A stretch of 63,996 bases of DNA, counting the filler, from Octopus bimaculoides (taxonomy: Eukaryota): NCBI RefSeq assembly GCF_001194135.2. It is 10 parts of 9 records of this genome, joined end to end, with 100 filler letters (N's around TTAATTAATTAA, not from the genome) between each part and the next. Parts side by side here need not be neighbours in the genome. Positions count along the whole stretch, not along the records: positions 1 to 19,058 come from NC_068990.1; positions 19,159 to 33,730 come from NC_068992.1; 8 more parts are not named here. The stretch is one strand, 5' to 3'. Position numbers and translations under genes: made by a program. Shown here one piece after another: positions 13,476 to 25,175 of this stretch (its first letter is position 1; each line of letters starts with the position of its first letter). Below the pieces are notes generated by a model. The model did no database searches. It was given only the letters and a program-made list of their open reading frames with translations, and was not told the origin of the DNA.

Positions 13476-13713
13476 CTTTGAATATTTCAAAGATAATGCC
13501 ATTTATAAAATTTTTCTTCGAGAGGAATTGGTTATCATATATTCTATTTCTACACAGACTATATTTTCTGGAAGAACTCGGCTGCGATCAAACATGGAAT
13601 GGGATGAGCTGCGTCAAGTCTAAAAATGCTCAAAATACGTTGCATACCACGCCAGCGTTCCGGTGACCCGCACCACCAAGGAATTGACGATTCAAGACAA
13701 GGCAAGGCATATA

Positions 13714-13860
13714 CGTGGTCTGATCAATAATTACCATAGTAACGAAGCTAAAGTATGCAGAGGGAAGCCGCTTGACACAGATTGACCTTGAATTCTGCTG
13801 TGCATGCGCATTAAGTTTAAGATTCTAGCTCACCTTCGGATACTTATTGATCAGATCTCG
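13714..13860. mobile_element. Mariner-type MITE (147 bp) with TA target-site duplication
   Basis: TA|cgtggtctgatcaataa ... ttattgatcagatctcg|TA: imperfect ~17-22 bp terminal inverted repeats flanked by TA on both sides. Confidence 0.8.
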
Positions 13861-14351
13861 TATGCACACACACACACGCACACACACACACATACATACA
13901 TACATACATACATACATGCACACATGCATCCACACATGCGCAAACGTACTTACAAACATATATATAGGCCAAGAGAGAGTGATAGGGAGAGAGAGAGTGA
14001 TAGGGAGAGAGAGAGAGAAAGAAAGGCGATGAGTGTGGGGGTGAGAGAGATTGAAGAGAGAGAGAGATTGAAGAGAGAGAGAGAGAGGTTGAGCGTTACT
14101 CTCATGTCAACATCTGAGTGTGTGTGTGTGTGTGTGTGCTGTTGAACGACAGGTTGGTTTCGTGCACAGATAAGACACAATCGTTTTGTGTATGAGAAAT
14201 ATGCTTTGTGGCATATTGAAGAATGCTAACGAAAGTTTCTGTTCCAGAATAAATTGAATGATTCGTCTCGGAATTCAAATGAAACACAAGTAGTAACAGA
14301 TTTTTATTTTTGTTTTTAGTTGAATAATGGGGCATAGACAAATGTAGTTTT

Positions 14352-14407
<56 letters not shown>

Positions 14408-15289
14408 TATCTGTCTGCCTGCTTGCCTCCTCCTCCTCCTCTGTCTTTTTCTCTCTCTCTCCTTAATAACGATTAAACAACACAAACATAACATCAAACA
14501 CGCTACCAATGTCTCCAATAAACAATTTAACCAGTATTTACAGACAAATTTCAACCAAGGATGTCGTTTGCCATTGGCTGAACGCAAATCACACCATTTA
14601 CAGAAGTTAGCACCACCACCATTAATACTACCTTTATTTTCTACAACAACATCAACTGCGACAGCAACAACAAACATCACTAACAACTAGAACGGCTAAA
14701 GTTAGTAGTAACAACTGCCCTTCCCTTAAAAAAAATTATAATCTACCAAAACAAAACTAACAACAGCGATACCAAAAAATATAAACTAAAACTAGGTAAA
14801 AAAGAAATGAAAAGATGTTTTATTGGAGAGCTGGAATTATGTTTAATCGGGGATATTTAACATTTAGCACCGACAATTACACACCCTTTCTCTATTTCTC
14901 CAACTTTTGCAATTATATGTCATTACTATGACAATGGCAAGTGTGACATCACCAACTGTTATCACAGCAGCTAAATCGTCTTAAACAAAAACAAAAACAA
15001 AAGCGCATTAGTAATGTAGTCCTACATGAATTTATAGAGATGGGATGGTCATAGCTGGAATACCTTTGATCATATTCGTATTCATTCAGAGTTCATCTGG
15101 GGATTAACTAAAACAATACGACTAATGAAATAATATCTGTTATTTCTTCCTTTTTTTCTGTTTTGTGATGTGTTGTACATCCCGTAGCGTAACTGTTTTT
15201 CCGCGAAAAGCGGCAGCAAGCCCCTCACTCAACCAGTTTCAATGTTATCAACTAGAACTTATGTGACCTTCAGAAGATGAATGGAAAAA

Positions 15290-16080
15290 ACACGAAAACT
15301 TTTCACTACCACCAAAATGCACCACGCTAAAGCAAACATGAACCTGTCGAGAAAAGGAGTTAGAAGAGAACTCACCCAACTTGAATTACTCTATAAAAAA
15401 AAGCCACGATTGACCTGCTAAAATATTTGAATAAAACCAGAGATTGGATGACGGTAAAAAAAATCTTCAAAAACAAGAGATTTCACTCCGTAATGAGAGA
15501 AATACAGAAAACTAAGAAGCAATAACATAGAAATGACAAATGAAGCTAACCTACTAGAATCAACAGAATTAAAGCATAATCTTGGTGGAGGAGGGGAGGT
15601 TTAAAATCCTTTAAGACATACGGCAACAAAAATCTCTGCTCCGCCAATACCTACTTCGGAACCAAGGCACTAATGTTGATCAACAAGAAACGCATCACTG
15701 GCTGCGAAACGTGGAAACGGAATGATTTTTCCTTGCTCCTCAAGATCAGAACTTCTTTACTAGAAAATACCAAGCAAACATCCTCAAAAATGCAACAGCG
15801 CCAAGATGCAGTCTGTGTGACGAACAAGTTGACACAATAGAGCATATAGTTTCAGTGTGTTCAACAATGACACCAACTGGATATAAAGTTAGGAATGATT
15901 AGGTTCACAATACATTCATTGGAGCCCGTGCAAACGTTATGATGTAGGACATGCTAAAAACTGATAAGAACCAAGGCCCCCACCCCACACCGACTAGTTA
16001 TCGATGCAAAAGACGAAACTATTTTATGAGATTTTACAGTCCACATTAACTGCACAATAAACACCAATCGGCCTGACGTT
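15290..16080 (+). mobile_element. R4/Dong-like (restriction-like endonuclease) non-LTR retrotransposon, decayed 3' part
   Basis: KMHHAKA...RRELTQLEL; LAPQDQNFFTRKYQANILKN..RCSLCDEQVDTIEHIVSVC (CCHC knuckle); NRPDV. Same motif order as 30761-33232. Interrupted by a SINE at ~16080. Confidence 0.75.
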
Positions 16081-16370
16081 ATTATTATTATTAGTATTAT
16101 TTTAGACTAAGGTCATTAGACTGTGGTCGTGCAGGGGTAGCGCCTTGGAGAATTTTTAGTCGACCTTATCGACCCCAGTACTTCTCTTATTTCATTTATT
16201 TCACTCATTGGACAGCAGCTAAGGTGGGGCACTATGTCATTTTACTCGATTAAATCAACTCCAGTACTTTATTCTGGTACTTTATTCTCTCGGCCTTTTT
16301 TTTTTTTTGCCAAACTAATTTGCTGGGCCATAAAGAAAGAAAAACCAGATCTCAAGCGGTGAGAGGCAAA
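16080..16370 (-). mobile_element. SINE family B, 3' half with (TAA)n-like tail
   Basis: gaatttttagtcgaccttatcgaccccagtact...gccaaactaa...ctcaagcggtg, homologous to 34871-35068. Confidence 0.7.
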
Positions 16371-16629
16371 TACACTCTTACTATAAAAAAGAGGATTCTA
16401 TACAATTTCCGTCAACAAAATTGACTCACAAGGTATTGGTTGACCCTGGTCTTTAGTATATGACACTAGCTCGAAGTGCCGCGCAGGAACTTTGGGGTTA
16501 AAAACGAAATGATAGTGATTATTGAGTGTGCCGTGGGAAAAATAAATATGTTGAAATTTGTTGATATAGACTGTTGTAATTTTGATGGTGAGTAGCATTA
16601 AAGAACAACACTGTGGGTCTCCACCAACA

Positions 16630-16724
16630 TTCTATCTATCTATATGTCTGTCTGTCTGGCCGCCTGTCTGCCTGCCTGCCTGTCTGTCTGTCTACCTACC
16701 TACATACCTACCTACCTACTTACA

Positions 16725-16790
<66 letters not shown>

Positions 16791-16800
16791 ATCTATCCTA
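16630..16800. repeat. Compound tetranucleotide microsatellite (TCTA/TCTG/CCTG/CCTA)
   Basis: Directly visible. Confidence 0.95.
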
Positions 16801-17319
16801 AATATCACTAATTCTACGCCATTAACACAAATACATAAAAGTGCATAGAGCCACAAACATTCCCGCAGACACATATTTCACATATGCACACACATAACAC
16901 GTGAATGCATATATAGACACTCACAAGCGCGCGCATATACATAAATAGATGTGTATTGAGTGTGTGTGTATTTGTATAAGATAATATATCCTTACATGCA
17001 TACACACACATACGAATATGTACGTCTGTACATATATACATACATACATGCATACATATAAAAAAGGAGTTATTTATGCAAATACATAAAACACACACGC
17101 ATGTTATTTCTCTGAAATGTATACATAAGCCTCGACATACAAGAAGAGCACACTCAAACAGGTGACACTATTAATAAGCAGATACACACATCCCTACCAA
17201 CACACATTTAGAACTATCAGGAAAGCTGTGACTTTTGGATCAGGAAAACTCTCATGAAGAAAGGGGCAATGCAACCTTTTAAAAGACAATCGGTTATAAA
17301 AATATAGGCAGATACATAC

Positions 17320-17344
17320 ATACATGCGTACGTACGTACGTACG

Positions 17345-17378
<34 letters not shown>

Positions 17379-17459
17379 TGTATGTACACATCTATCTATC
17401 TATCTATCTATCTATCTGTATGTAGGTACGTATGTATGTATGTATGTATGTATATACAC

Positions 17460-17531
<72 letters not shown>

Positions 17532-17580
17532 GCCTGCCTGTCTGTCTGTCTGTATGTATGTATGTATGTATGTATACATG
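17320..17580. repeat. Compound tetranucleotide microsatellite (TACG/TATG/TCTA/TCTG/CCTG)
   Basis: Directly visible. Confidence 0.95.
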
Positions 17581-18233
17581 AGAGAAATACATATTGAAAT
17601 TATTTCCTCTTCCAATGGCTCTATAGCATTTCGACCAATTGTGTCTGTATCGATGCATGAGCATCAGTTTGTTCGATCAAGTGAACAAACTAAGCTAATT
17701 AATCTACAATGTGGCTGAATATCCTGCAGACACATGTATATTGAAATTAGTTCTCGTGCAGAGTGAACGTAATAAACACCAGTGAGTAAAGGATGGGTCT
17801 TGAATTACTAGTAGACTCCATCCGACAAGCTTCAGCATAGTCTCTGTTTACCCAAATTATACGATTGGGTTGACTGAAGCCTTGATAAAAAGAAAAAAGA
17901 AACCTTCAAGGTACCATGTGACGGAAACGAACCCAGGATCTCATGATTGTGAGCATCTTAACCACTCAGCTATTCCTGCGTCTATCCTCTCATCTCTCTC
18001 CCTCTCTTCCTGGTGTGTAGTGTGTGTGCTTTTGTATGCACGAGACAGCGAACATTGACTGATTGAAGATAATGATTTTAATGACAGTGGGTTGTCAATA
18101 AAGCCACTGTCAAACAGAAGTGAATGTCAATAAAATTATTATAAGAATGTATGTGTATGGGTGGGTGCACGTTTATAAATGCATATAAATAGTGTTTATG
18201 TATGTATGTACGCATATGTGTGTGTGTATGTGA

Positions 18234-18276
<43 letters not shown>

Positions 18277-18286
18277 NNNNNNNNNN

Positions 18287-18340
<54 letters not shown>

Positions 18341-18466
18341 ATATACGTATGGTTTTCAAGAGTAGAGCTCGTAGTAAATAAAGCTATAAATAATAACATG
18401 CAGATATTGGATTTAAAAACCCTTTGGATAGAAAACATCGAAGGCTGCTCAAGGAACGCAAACACA

Positions 18467-18498
<32 letters not shown>

Positions 18499-18500
18499 TC

Positions 18501-18537
<37 letters not shown>

Positions 18538-18849
18538 ATAGAAAGGGAAACAGCTGGGGAGAGAGTTGATGCGGATAAAAGTGAAAGCCTGTGAAGAAAA
18601 AAAAACGGAAGCGTTTGTTTGTGTATATGCCTGTGTGTGTGTGTTGTGTCTGTGTGTGGCCGTACGTGTGCGTGTGTGTGTGTGCTAGTGTGAAGGTCGT
18701 TGCATGAGTGTTAGAGATGACAAGAGAGACGGAGAGAGAGAAACACAGAGAGAGAGATAGAAAGATAGAGAGGAGAAAGAAAAGAGAGGAAGAGAAGAGA
18801 GAGCAGAAGGGAGTGAAATAGGTGGGCAGGAGAGAAATATATATATATA

Positions 18850-19003
18850 GGTGCAGGAGTGGCTGTGTGGTAAATAGCTTGCTTACCAACCACATGGTCC
18901 AGGGTTCAGTCCCACTGCGTGGCACTGAGTGTCTTCTATAGCCTTGGGCCGACCAAAGCCTTGTGAGTGGATTTGATAGACGGAAACTGAAAGAAGGCCA
19001 TAG
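18850..19003 (+). mobile_element. tRNA-derived SINE family B, 5' half, followed by its internal (TA)n(TG)n
   Basis: A box tggctgtgtgg, B box gggttcagtcc, body ending gacggaaactgaaagaagg; microsatellite 19004-19058 runs into a gap. Confidence 0.85.
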
Positions 19004-19058
<55 letters not shown>

Positions 19059-19158
19059 NNNNNNNNNNNNNNNNNNNNNNNNNNNNNNNNNNNNNNNNNN
19101 NNTTAATTAATTAANNNNNNNNNNNNNNNNNNNNNNNNNNNNNNNNNNNNNNNNNNNN
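19059..19158. other. Artificial scaffolding spacer N44-TTAATTAATTAA-N44
   Basis: Exactly 100 bp; six-frame-stop palindrome at 19103-19114. Confidence 0.95.
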
Positions 19159-19213
19159 CAATACACCACCACGAACACACTAGCACTGACCAACTCCCTT
19201 CTCCCTTCCCCAA

Positions 19214-19742
19214 TGCTGATTTGTTTCATCGATGCGAAAGGAATTGTCCACACGGAATTTGTTCCTCCTGGTCATAATGTTAACCAGACATTTTACTTGA
19301 CAGTTCTGAAGCGGTGAGATGAAAACGCCCCAACCTATGACAAATTGGCGAGTGGTGGTTTCATCACGACAATGTGCCTGCGCACACCGCCTTGGGTATG
19401 TGACAGTTTCTGACTAAGAATGGCATGACCCCGCTTACCTACCCTTCCTGTTCACCTGATCTTGCTCCCTGCAACTTTTTTGGTTCCCCCCCCCCCAATA
19501 AAAAAGTCCTTAAAGGGAAACGTTTTGCTGATGTGGAAGAGGCGAAGAAAAAAGACGACGGAGGCGTTAACAGACATCACTTCGCAAGAATTCCAGCACT
19601 GCTTCGAATAGTGGAAAACGCGTCTGGACCGATGCGTTGCTTCAAATGGAGAATGCTTTGAATGTGGTAAAAGTGTAAACATGTAAAACTAAGTGAATAA
19701 AATTATATTGCAAAATTCCGGTTTCTTTTGGGTACCTCCTCG
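19214..19742 (+). mobile_element. Mariner (DD34D) transposon, 3' portion with right TIR; pseudogenised
   Basis: MLICFIDAKGIVHTEFVPPG..VNQTFYL; WWFHHDNVPAH; SCSPDLAPCNFF; KGKRFADVEE; WKTRLDRCVASNGECFE; right TIR aaaattccggtttcttttgggtacctcctcg followed by TA at 19743-19744. Confidence 0.9.
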
Positions 19743-20094
19743 TATATATGCAGATCTCTATATCTATCTAAATATTTTCGCACTTTCACTCAGCAGAAAA
19801 TGAGGACAATGGCGGCTGAGGTGTTTGCTTTTGTGTTACGGACTGATGTCTCCTACAAGAAAGGAAATCTTACAATTTCAGTTGCTTCATCATNNNNNNN
19901 NNNNNNNNNNNNNNNNNNNNNNNNNNNNNNNNNNNNNNNNNNNNNNNNNNNNNNNNNNNNNCGAAAACTGGCAGAAATTGCAGTCAACCGGACCTGTAAA
20001 CTCAAGACAGACAGACAGACAGACACCCCACACACACGCACGCACGCACAAAACTTTTCGAAGAATAGAAGAAATAAATTATGAATATATTTAC

Positions 20095-20284
20095 CGCCTC
20101 CATGTTTGAACGCCAAATAGGGGAATCTCCAAACGTTACCAAGTCCAACAGATAATCCTATGCAGGACAGCATAAACTCTGCCTTATTGCCCCACTGTCC
20201 ACGATCATCTTTATTTTCACCTTCCTGTATGTCTCTAGCTTCATCATTTACATCATGATGACTCTTTCCCCGTTTTGGATCTGT
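20095..20284 (-). CDS. N-terminal coding exon of an SLC6 (Na+:neurotransmitter/amino acid symporter) family transporter
   Basis: [36 protein letters not shown] is the SLC6 TM1 signature. Acceptor ttttctttttcag at 20285-20286 (phase 0), donor G|GTAAAT at 20093-20094 (phase 1), matching the usual intron position in the NGGG motif. No other exons recognised. Confidence 0.9.
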
Positions 20285-20499
20285 CTGAAAAAGAAAACGA
20301 AGAAACAAATTCTGAAATGAAACAAAAACAGTCTATGAAAAATTTAGGTATAACTGTTTGTATTCATTCTTGCTGCTCTATTTGTGTTCTTCCTGGTCTG
20401 TTTACGTATATTTGGCTTAACTACGTTTTAGCTGGCCTATATGCATTCCGGTTATTGTTTCTGTGATTGTATAAAAAAAAAGTTGCAATTTTTGTTTAA

Positions 20500-21240
20500 T
20501 TGGCAGAATGGCTTTAACGCAAATTGATATCAGATTTCAAATTTTGGGGAAGAACATGGCAACTAGGACGGTGCCATGAGTTTGATTATAACAGTTTACA
20601 TTTCCTCGGAATAGTGTTATATGTTGAAAATGTTGTACTCTTGGAGCGTGTTCTAGCGATGGATCATGTTATGGTTTTCAGAGATGTGAAAGGAAAAGTT
20701 ACTATTGGCATGATTTGAAGTCAGAATGTTAAGAGGTGAAACAAATACGACAATTTTCTTTTTTCCCAACGCCCAAATTGTTCAGCCAATTCATAATAAC
20801 ATCCCATCAAAGATCATTTCAAGAGAACAGCAACATTTAATAAAAATTATAATAAAAGCTCTGGGATTTGATATATATATGAATAGAGCAACACTTAGGT
20901 TTTGTCTGTTGATAAAAATACACATCCACCACCCAGATTGTATTGATTTCATTCCCTGTAGGTATAGCACATGCTTTTGTACGGTTTTGAAATAAATTCT
21001 TATACTTCTATAATGCATGGATCCAGCTTTCATATCTAATTGGTTCATTTAATGTCTTTGTTTTCAATGTTTTTATGTTCTTGGACTTATCATCCTCGCC
21101 ACTTACAATCGCATTCGTTTCATTATTTAATTACTTTTTTTTTTGTATTTCTTGTTCCGAGTCTGAATTCCTTCCAAAGCAACTTTGGCTGATGAGATCG
21201 ATGGACCCCTTATTCATAGGTAAAACATTTCAGAAATAAA
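20500..21240 (-). mobile_element. Very decayed LINE 3' relic (probably same group as 1800-3400)
   Basis: Weak collinear matches to post-RT motifs (G.C..ELA; IPR..KL...S...V.P). Boundaries approximate. Confidence 0.35.
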
Positions 21241-21264
21241 ACCTGTAGTATGAATTAGTAGGGT

Positions 21265-21475
21265 AGTCTTCAAAGCTTTGGACGAAATGTCTAACGGCAT
21301 TTAGCTACGGATCTCTAAGTTCTGAGTTCAAATCAGACCAAAGTCGATTTTAACTTTCTTACTTCAAGGTCAATAGAATAACAAATAAAATACCAATCAG
21401 TTATTAGGGTCCAACTAAACGATTATTCTCCTCACCTCCATATTTCACACCTTGTACCTATATTAGAGATAAATA
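21265..21475 (+). mobile_element. SINE family A (decayed)
   Basis: ggacgaaatgtctaacggcatttag...gttctgagttcaaatc...aaagtcgatttt...aataccaatc. Confidence 0.65.
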
Positions 21476-21858
21476 TAAAGGAAGTGAGGAGGTGGATCGA
21501 TAAAATCTTCAGAGCTTCGGATAAAATGTCTTGCGGTTTATAAATTCGGTTCCTTCGACTTCTACTTTTAGGAAGTGGATCGGTAAAATCCACAAAAGCT
21601 AAAGTGGGAAGACTTGGAATTTGAGGGACTTTTTTTGCGCACGTAAGTTTTGCCTGACTTACATATTCTTCGTTACATCATTTACTTTTAATGGCGTATA
21701 TTAAATTTTTTTGAAGAATCGGTAAAATCATTTTTCCTTGTAAAAATCTGTCCCATTTAAATTTGTATGTTTTGTCTTCAATGAGATCGATAAATTGAGA
21801 ACCAGTCACGTACTGGGGTTGATGCAATCGACTATCCGCCTCCCCATAAATTTCAGGA

Positions 21859-22095
21859 CAAGAATTGGGGAGAGGTGACGAGCAGGGTGGCCAATCTCAC
21901 CCAGAAATGGGCAGAGAGGAAGCTGTCCCTGAAGGGTCGGGTAGAGGTAAAGAATGCGTACATCGCTTCCGTCATCTACTACAGCCTGACCGTCGTCCCT
22001 TGCCCTACTTTGTGCCTGATAAAGCTAGAGCGCTTACTCTTCCACTTTCGGTAGAAGGGACGTGTTCCACTCATCACACGGTCTATTTGCTTATA
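21859..22095 (+). mobile_element. L1/Tx1-clade ORF2 fragment (post-RT region)
   Basis: KNWGEVTSRVANLTQKWAERKLSLKGRVEVKNAYIASVIYYSLTVVPCP..LERLLFHF.*KGRVPLITRSIC matches the W..R.LS..GR...N...S...Y motif of L1/Tx1 ORF2. Confidence 0.75.
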
Positions 22096-23215
22096 AGCCT
22101 AAATTATCAATTTTGTCCCCCGTGTTCAGGCCCTTCCTCAACAGCACTACCACTCCACCGCTCACAGCGCTGGTAATTTTCCCGTTCTGCTGCCAGTTGT
22201 GGTAGACATCTGCCAAGAGACCACCGAGCAAGCCTGGTATATGAAAATAGGGCTCCAAGAGCAGACCATCCCGCCCTGGAGACTTCTCTCTTGCGCAGCT
22301 CGTCATCGCGTCCCGTATATCTTCGGCTGTTACCGGCATTTCGTAGAACTCCGCATCCCTGACCGAGAGGTGCGGCATGCCACTGAGATAAGAGGTAAAT
22401 TCCACCTCCGTCCCAGAACCACCGCGTGACGTACCGCTGAAATTCTGCAAACATGTGCTTGGACTCGGTTATCATGTGCCCATCACAGCTCGCCAAAGAC
22501 CGAATTGTTGCTTTGTTTCCACGTGGGGCCTCTGCCACCCGGTCCCAGTGCATGTACCGTAGCTCTGACAACGCAACCTTCGTATTTGACATTGAAGGGT
22601 TGCTCAAGAGTCAATCATGCCGCTAGCACGTTGGTCGCTATATCTTTCCTAAAAGCCTCTTCTAGCTTCCGAACTAGGTCTTCCGCTATCCTAGATTCCT
22701 CTAACGCTGTTTCTTTACTGTAACCTACCGCCTCTAATAGCCCTTTTCAGGAGTATCCACTATAGGCTGTTGACGATTACGCCCGCCAACTTCCGATGGT
22801 CTAACTTGCAAACCCAGTTTCTGAAAGCTTGGCGCACCGAGGAGGCATTCAGCTTCCATTACCCGGAGCCACGTCTAAGGATCCTATTATGTTGACCGTA
22901 GAGATCACAAATTTATGGTCCGTGTAGCAGACGACTTTGAACTGTGAACAACTTATGCTACTTCTATTTACAGGCCTACAAAATACACTATTTAGTTATG
23001 ATCTAGAAGATCCGATGCGGTTTGCCCATGTCCATATCGGTACATTCGGAAAATCCAGTCGGTACCCGTCAGCCAACTGGAAGCAACTGAGCAGGCTTGT
23101 GAGGCTTTTACCCACTCCTCTCCTATCAGCTAGCTCCACTCTATCCAGGCGTACATCCAAGATGGCATCCCAGTCACCCGCTAGCATTAAAGAGCGTGAT
23201 GTCCCAAGAGCAGGT
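22091..23215 (-). mobile_element. L1/Tx1-clade ORF2 fragment (APE endonuclease C-half, linker, start of RT)
   Basis: LAGDWDAILD (GDxN motif); PIWTW...SRS*L (TW..SRLD); YTDHKFV (SDH); KSPGRDGL..E.Y (K.PG.DG); VVVLLRKG..KIDN. Confidence 0.85.
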
Positions 23216-23349
23216 TCCTAGTGTTTCTATTAATGACTTGGAACAAAACTTAAACAGAAAAAATGGCACCAGATGGGTGTAAACAGATGTTTTAAAGAGG
23301 ATTTGCTTCGAGAGTACGAAAACACGTCCAATGTACTCCGCAGCAAATA

Positions 23350-23367
23350 TAATAATAGAAATAATAA

Positions 23368-23416
<49 letters not shown>
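23350..23416. repeat. (AAT)n microsatellite, probably the tail of a minus-strand SINE A
   Basis: Adjacent cctttt actatagacaca is the reverse complement of a SINE-like 3' end. Confidence 0.85.
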
Positions 23417-23584
23417 CCTTTTTACTATAGACACAGAATGTGTGGGGTGCCTATATTGGAAATTTTGTTCCTTAATTGTATTTTTTATTGTTTACACGTT
23501 TTCTGTTTTAAACTCCATTTGTCCCTTGTTTTGTATTGTCTCTAACTGTTTTTGCGTTCGGCCTTTGTGGCCAATAAAGAAAAA

Positions 23585-23585
<1 letters not shown>

Positions 23586-23652
<67 letters not shown>
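23586..23652. repeat. (TTA)n microsatellite after a T-rich tract with AATAAA (possible L1/Tx1 3' end)
   Basis: cggcctttgtggccaataaagaaaaaa followed by (tta)n. Confidence 0.85.
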
Positions 23653-23655
<3 letters not shown>

Positions 23656-23689
23656 GGGTTAAGAGAGCCGTGTAAGTCATACATGGAGA

Positions 23690-23822
23690 TGCGTCAGTAA
23701 TATGAGAGTTTTCAATGAGTTCAGGGTGAAACTTAAGGTGCAAACGGGTGTCCGTTAGGGGTCGATTCTCAGCCCCTCCTGTTATAGTTCTCCGCACAAT
23801 AACAAAAGAGTTTAAGACCGTA
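23690..23822 (+). mobile_element. RTE-clade RT fragment
   Basis: gagttcagggtg...ggtgtccgttaggggtcgattctcagcccctcctg..ataacaaaagagtttaagacc resembles EF.V.VGV.QGS.LSPLLF...IT.EF.TG; decayed. Confidence 0.5.
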
Positions 23823-23930
23823 GAATCATATAATTGTTGAGGACCAGGTTATAGCTGGTCCAGCCTGTCTTACTCATCGTCCGAGCAAGCTTCTTGACAT
23901 TATCCTAAAACCACTATGTAGTCACATACC

Positions 23931-25175
23931 ACGTTTCATTCGAGATGATATCGATTTCCTGTCATATCTACCCGAAACAACAAAATCCCATTCACTGTTA
24001 GTTTTGATGTAACAAACTTATATACAAACATTCCACATGATTTGGGACTTACTGCCATAGAATATTGGGTCGACAAACATAGAGAAGCGATCCCTAGTAG
24101 ATTTACTGTAACCTTCATACCAGACGCGGTCAGCCACATCCTCGAAAACAATACATTCCTTTTCAATGGAAAAAAACTACCGCCAAATTCGAGGCACAGC
24201 TTTAGGGACGCAATTTGCTCCAGTTTTCGTGAACTCAGTATTGGGATACTTGGAACAAAACCTATATATAAAACTGAAGAGAACTACGACATGACCTTTA
24301 AAAGACACACAGAGGATATACGAAGAACTACCTCGATGATTGTTTCCTAATTTGGAACAAATCCCTAGAAAATCTGAAAGAATTCAGCACACCATTCAAT
24401 AATCTATACCCTAGTCTTAAATTCACAAGAGAAATGAGCAACACACAATTACCATTTCACAATTACCATATCTATTACAAAAGTACAGATACACTCCAGT
24501 ACCTAAATTTCAAATCATGCCATCCAACACACACAAAACGCAACATCCCGTCCTTTCTAGCCAGGAAAATTTGTACTATAGTAGATGATCCAAACACCAA
24601 GAACGACTAATAGAACTTAAAGGATTTCTGCTGAAGCAAAATTACCCTCTCCTACTTATAGAAAATAGCATACAACGAGCAAGAGATACCGATAGAACAA
24701 CTAAGAACAATACGATAAAGACGAACCCATCAAAGGAACACAATACCATTTCTAGTAACACACAATCCGCATCACCAAAGCATTTTTAACATCATCAAAA
24801 CAAATTTGCCAATTATAAAGTGAAAAAAAACAAACAAAAAAAAACTAATCAAACACATATCTTAAGCAAAAGGCAACCATACAACCTAAAGAAACTATTA
24901 ACAAAGGCGAAATTGAACATGAACAAACAGGATAAAACATTCAGAGTATCTAAGTGTAATGATAACAGATGTCGAATGTGTCAATACATGCATGCGGGTA
25001 GATCCATTAGAACAAAAAGTGGACAGATTTTTACAAATGCAGATATGAACTACAAAAGCAGAAATTTGATCTAGTGCATTAAATGCCCGAATTGCGAGGA
25101 ATTATATATAGTCAAGTCAGAAAATGCATTATCGGAACGCTCACGAGTCCACAGACAACAAATCCAGAACACCAA
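23931..25175 (+). mobile_element. Penelope-like element: RT plus C-terminal GIY-YIG endonuclease, pseudogenised
   Basis: FIRDDIDFLSYLP; FDVTNLYTNIPHDLGL.AIEYW; ILENNTFLFNG..YRQIRGTALGTQFAP; YLDDCFLIW at 24329; YYKSTDT.QYLNFKSCHP..TKRNIP; HNP; KC.D.RC.MC; NLI*CIKCPNCEELYIV...LSERSRVHRQQI (GIY-YIG). Confidence 0.9.

Noticed and set aside
14160-14230. Candidate next SLC6 exon (ttag|CA TTC TTC giving GG-A-F-F)
   Set aside because: The following residues (NMPQSIFLIHK) do not match the AFLIPY..ML...G.P consensus, and it lies on another contig.
21859-23215. Classical twin-priming 5' inversion of an L1
   Set aside because: The segments converge at their 3' ends and the RT core is missing, which is the wrong geometry; kept as a different rearrangement.
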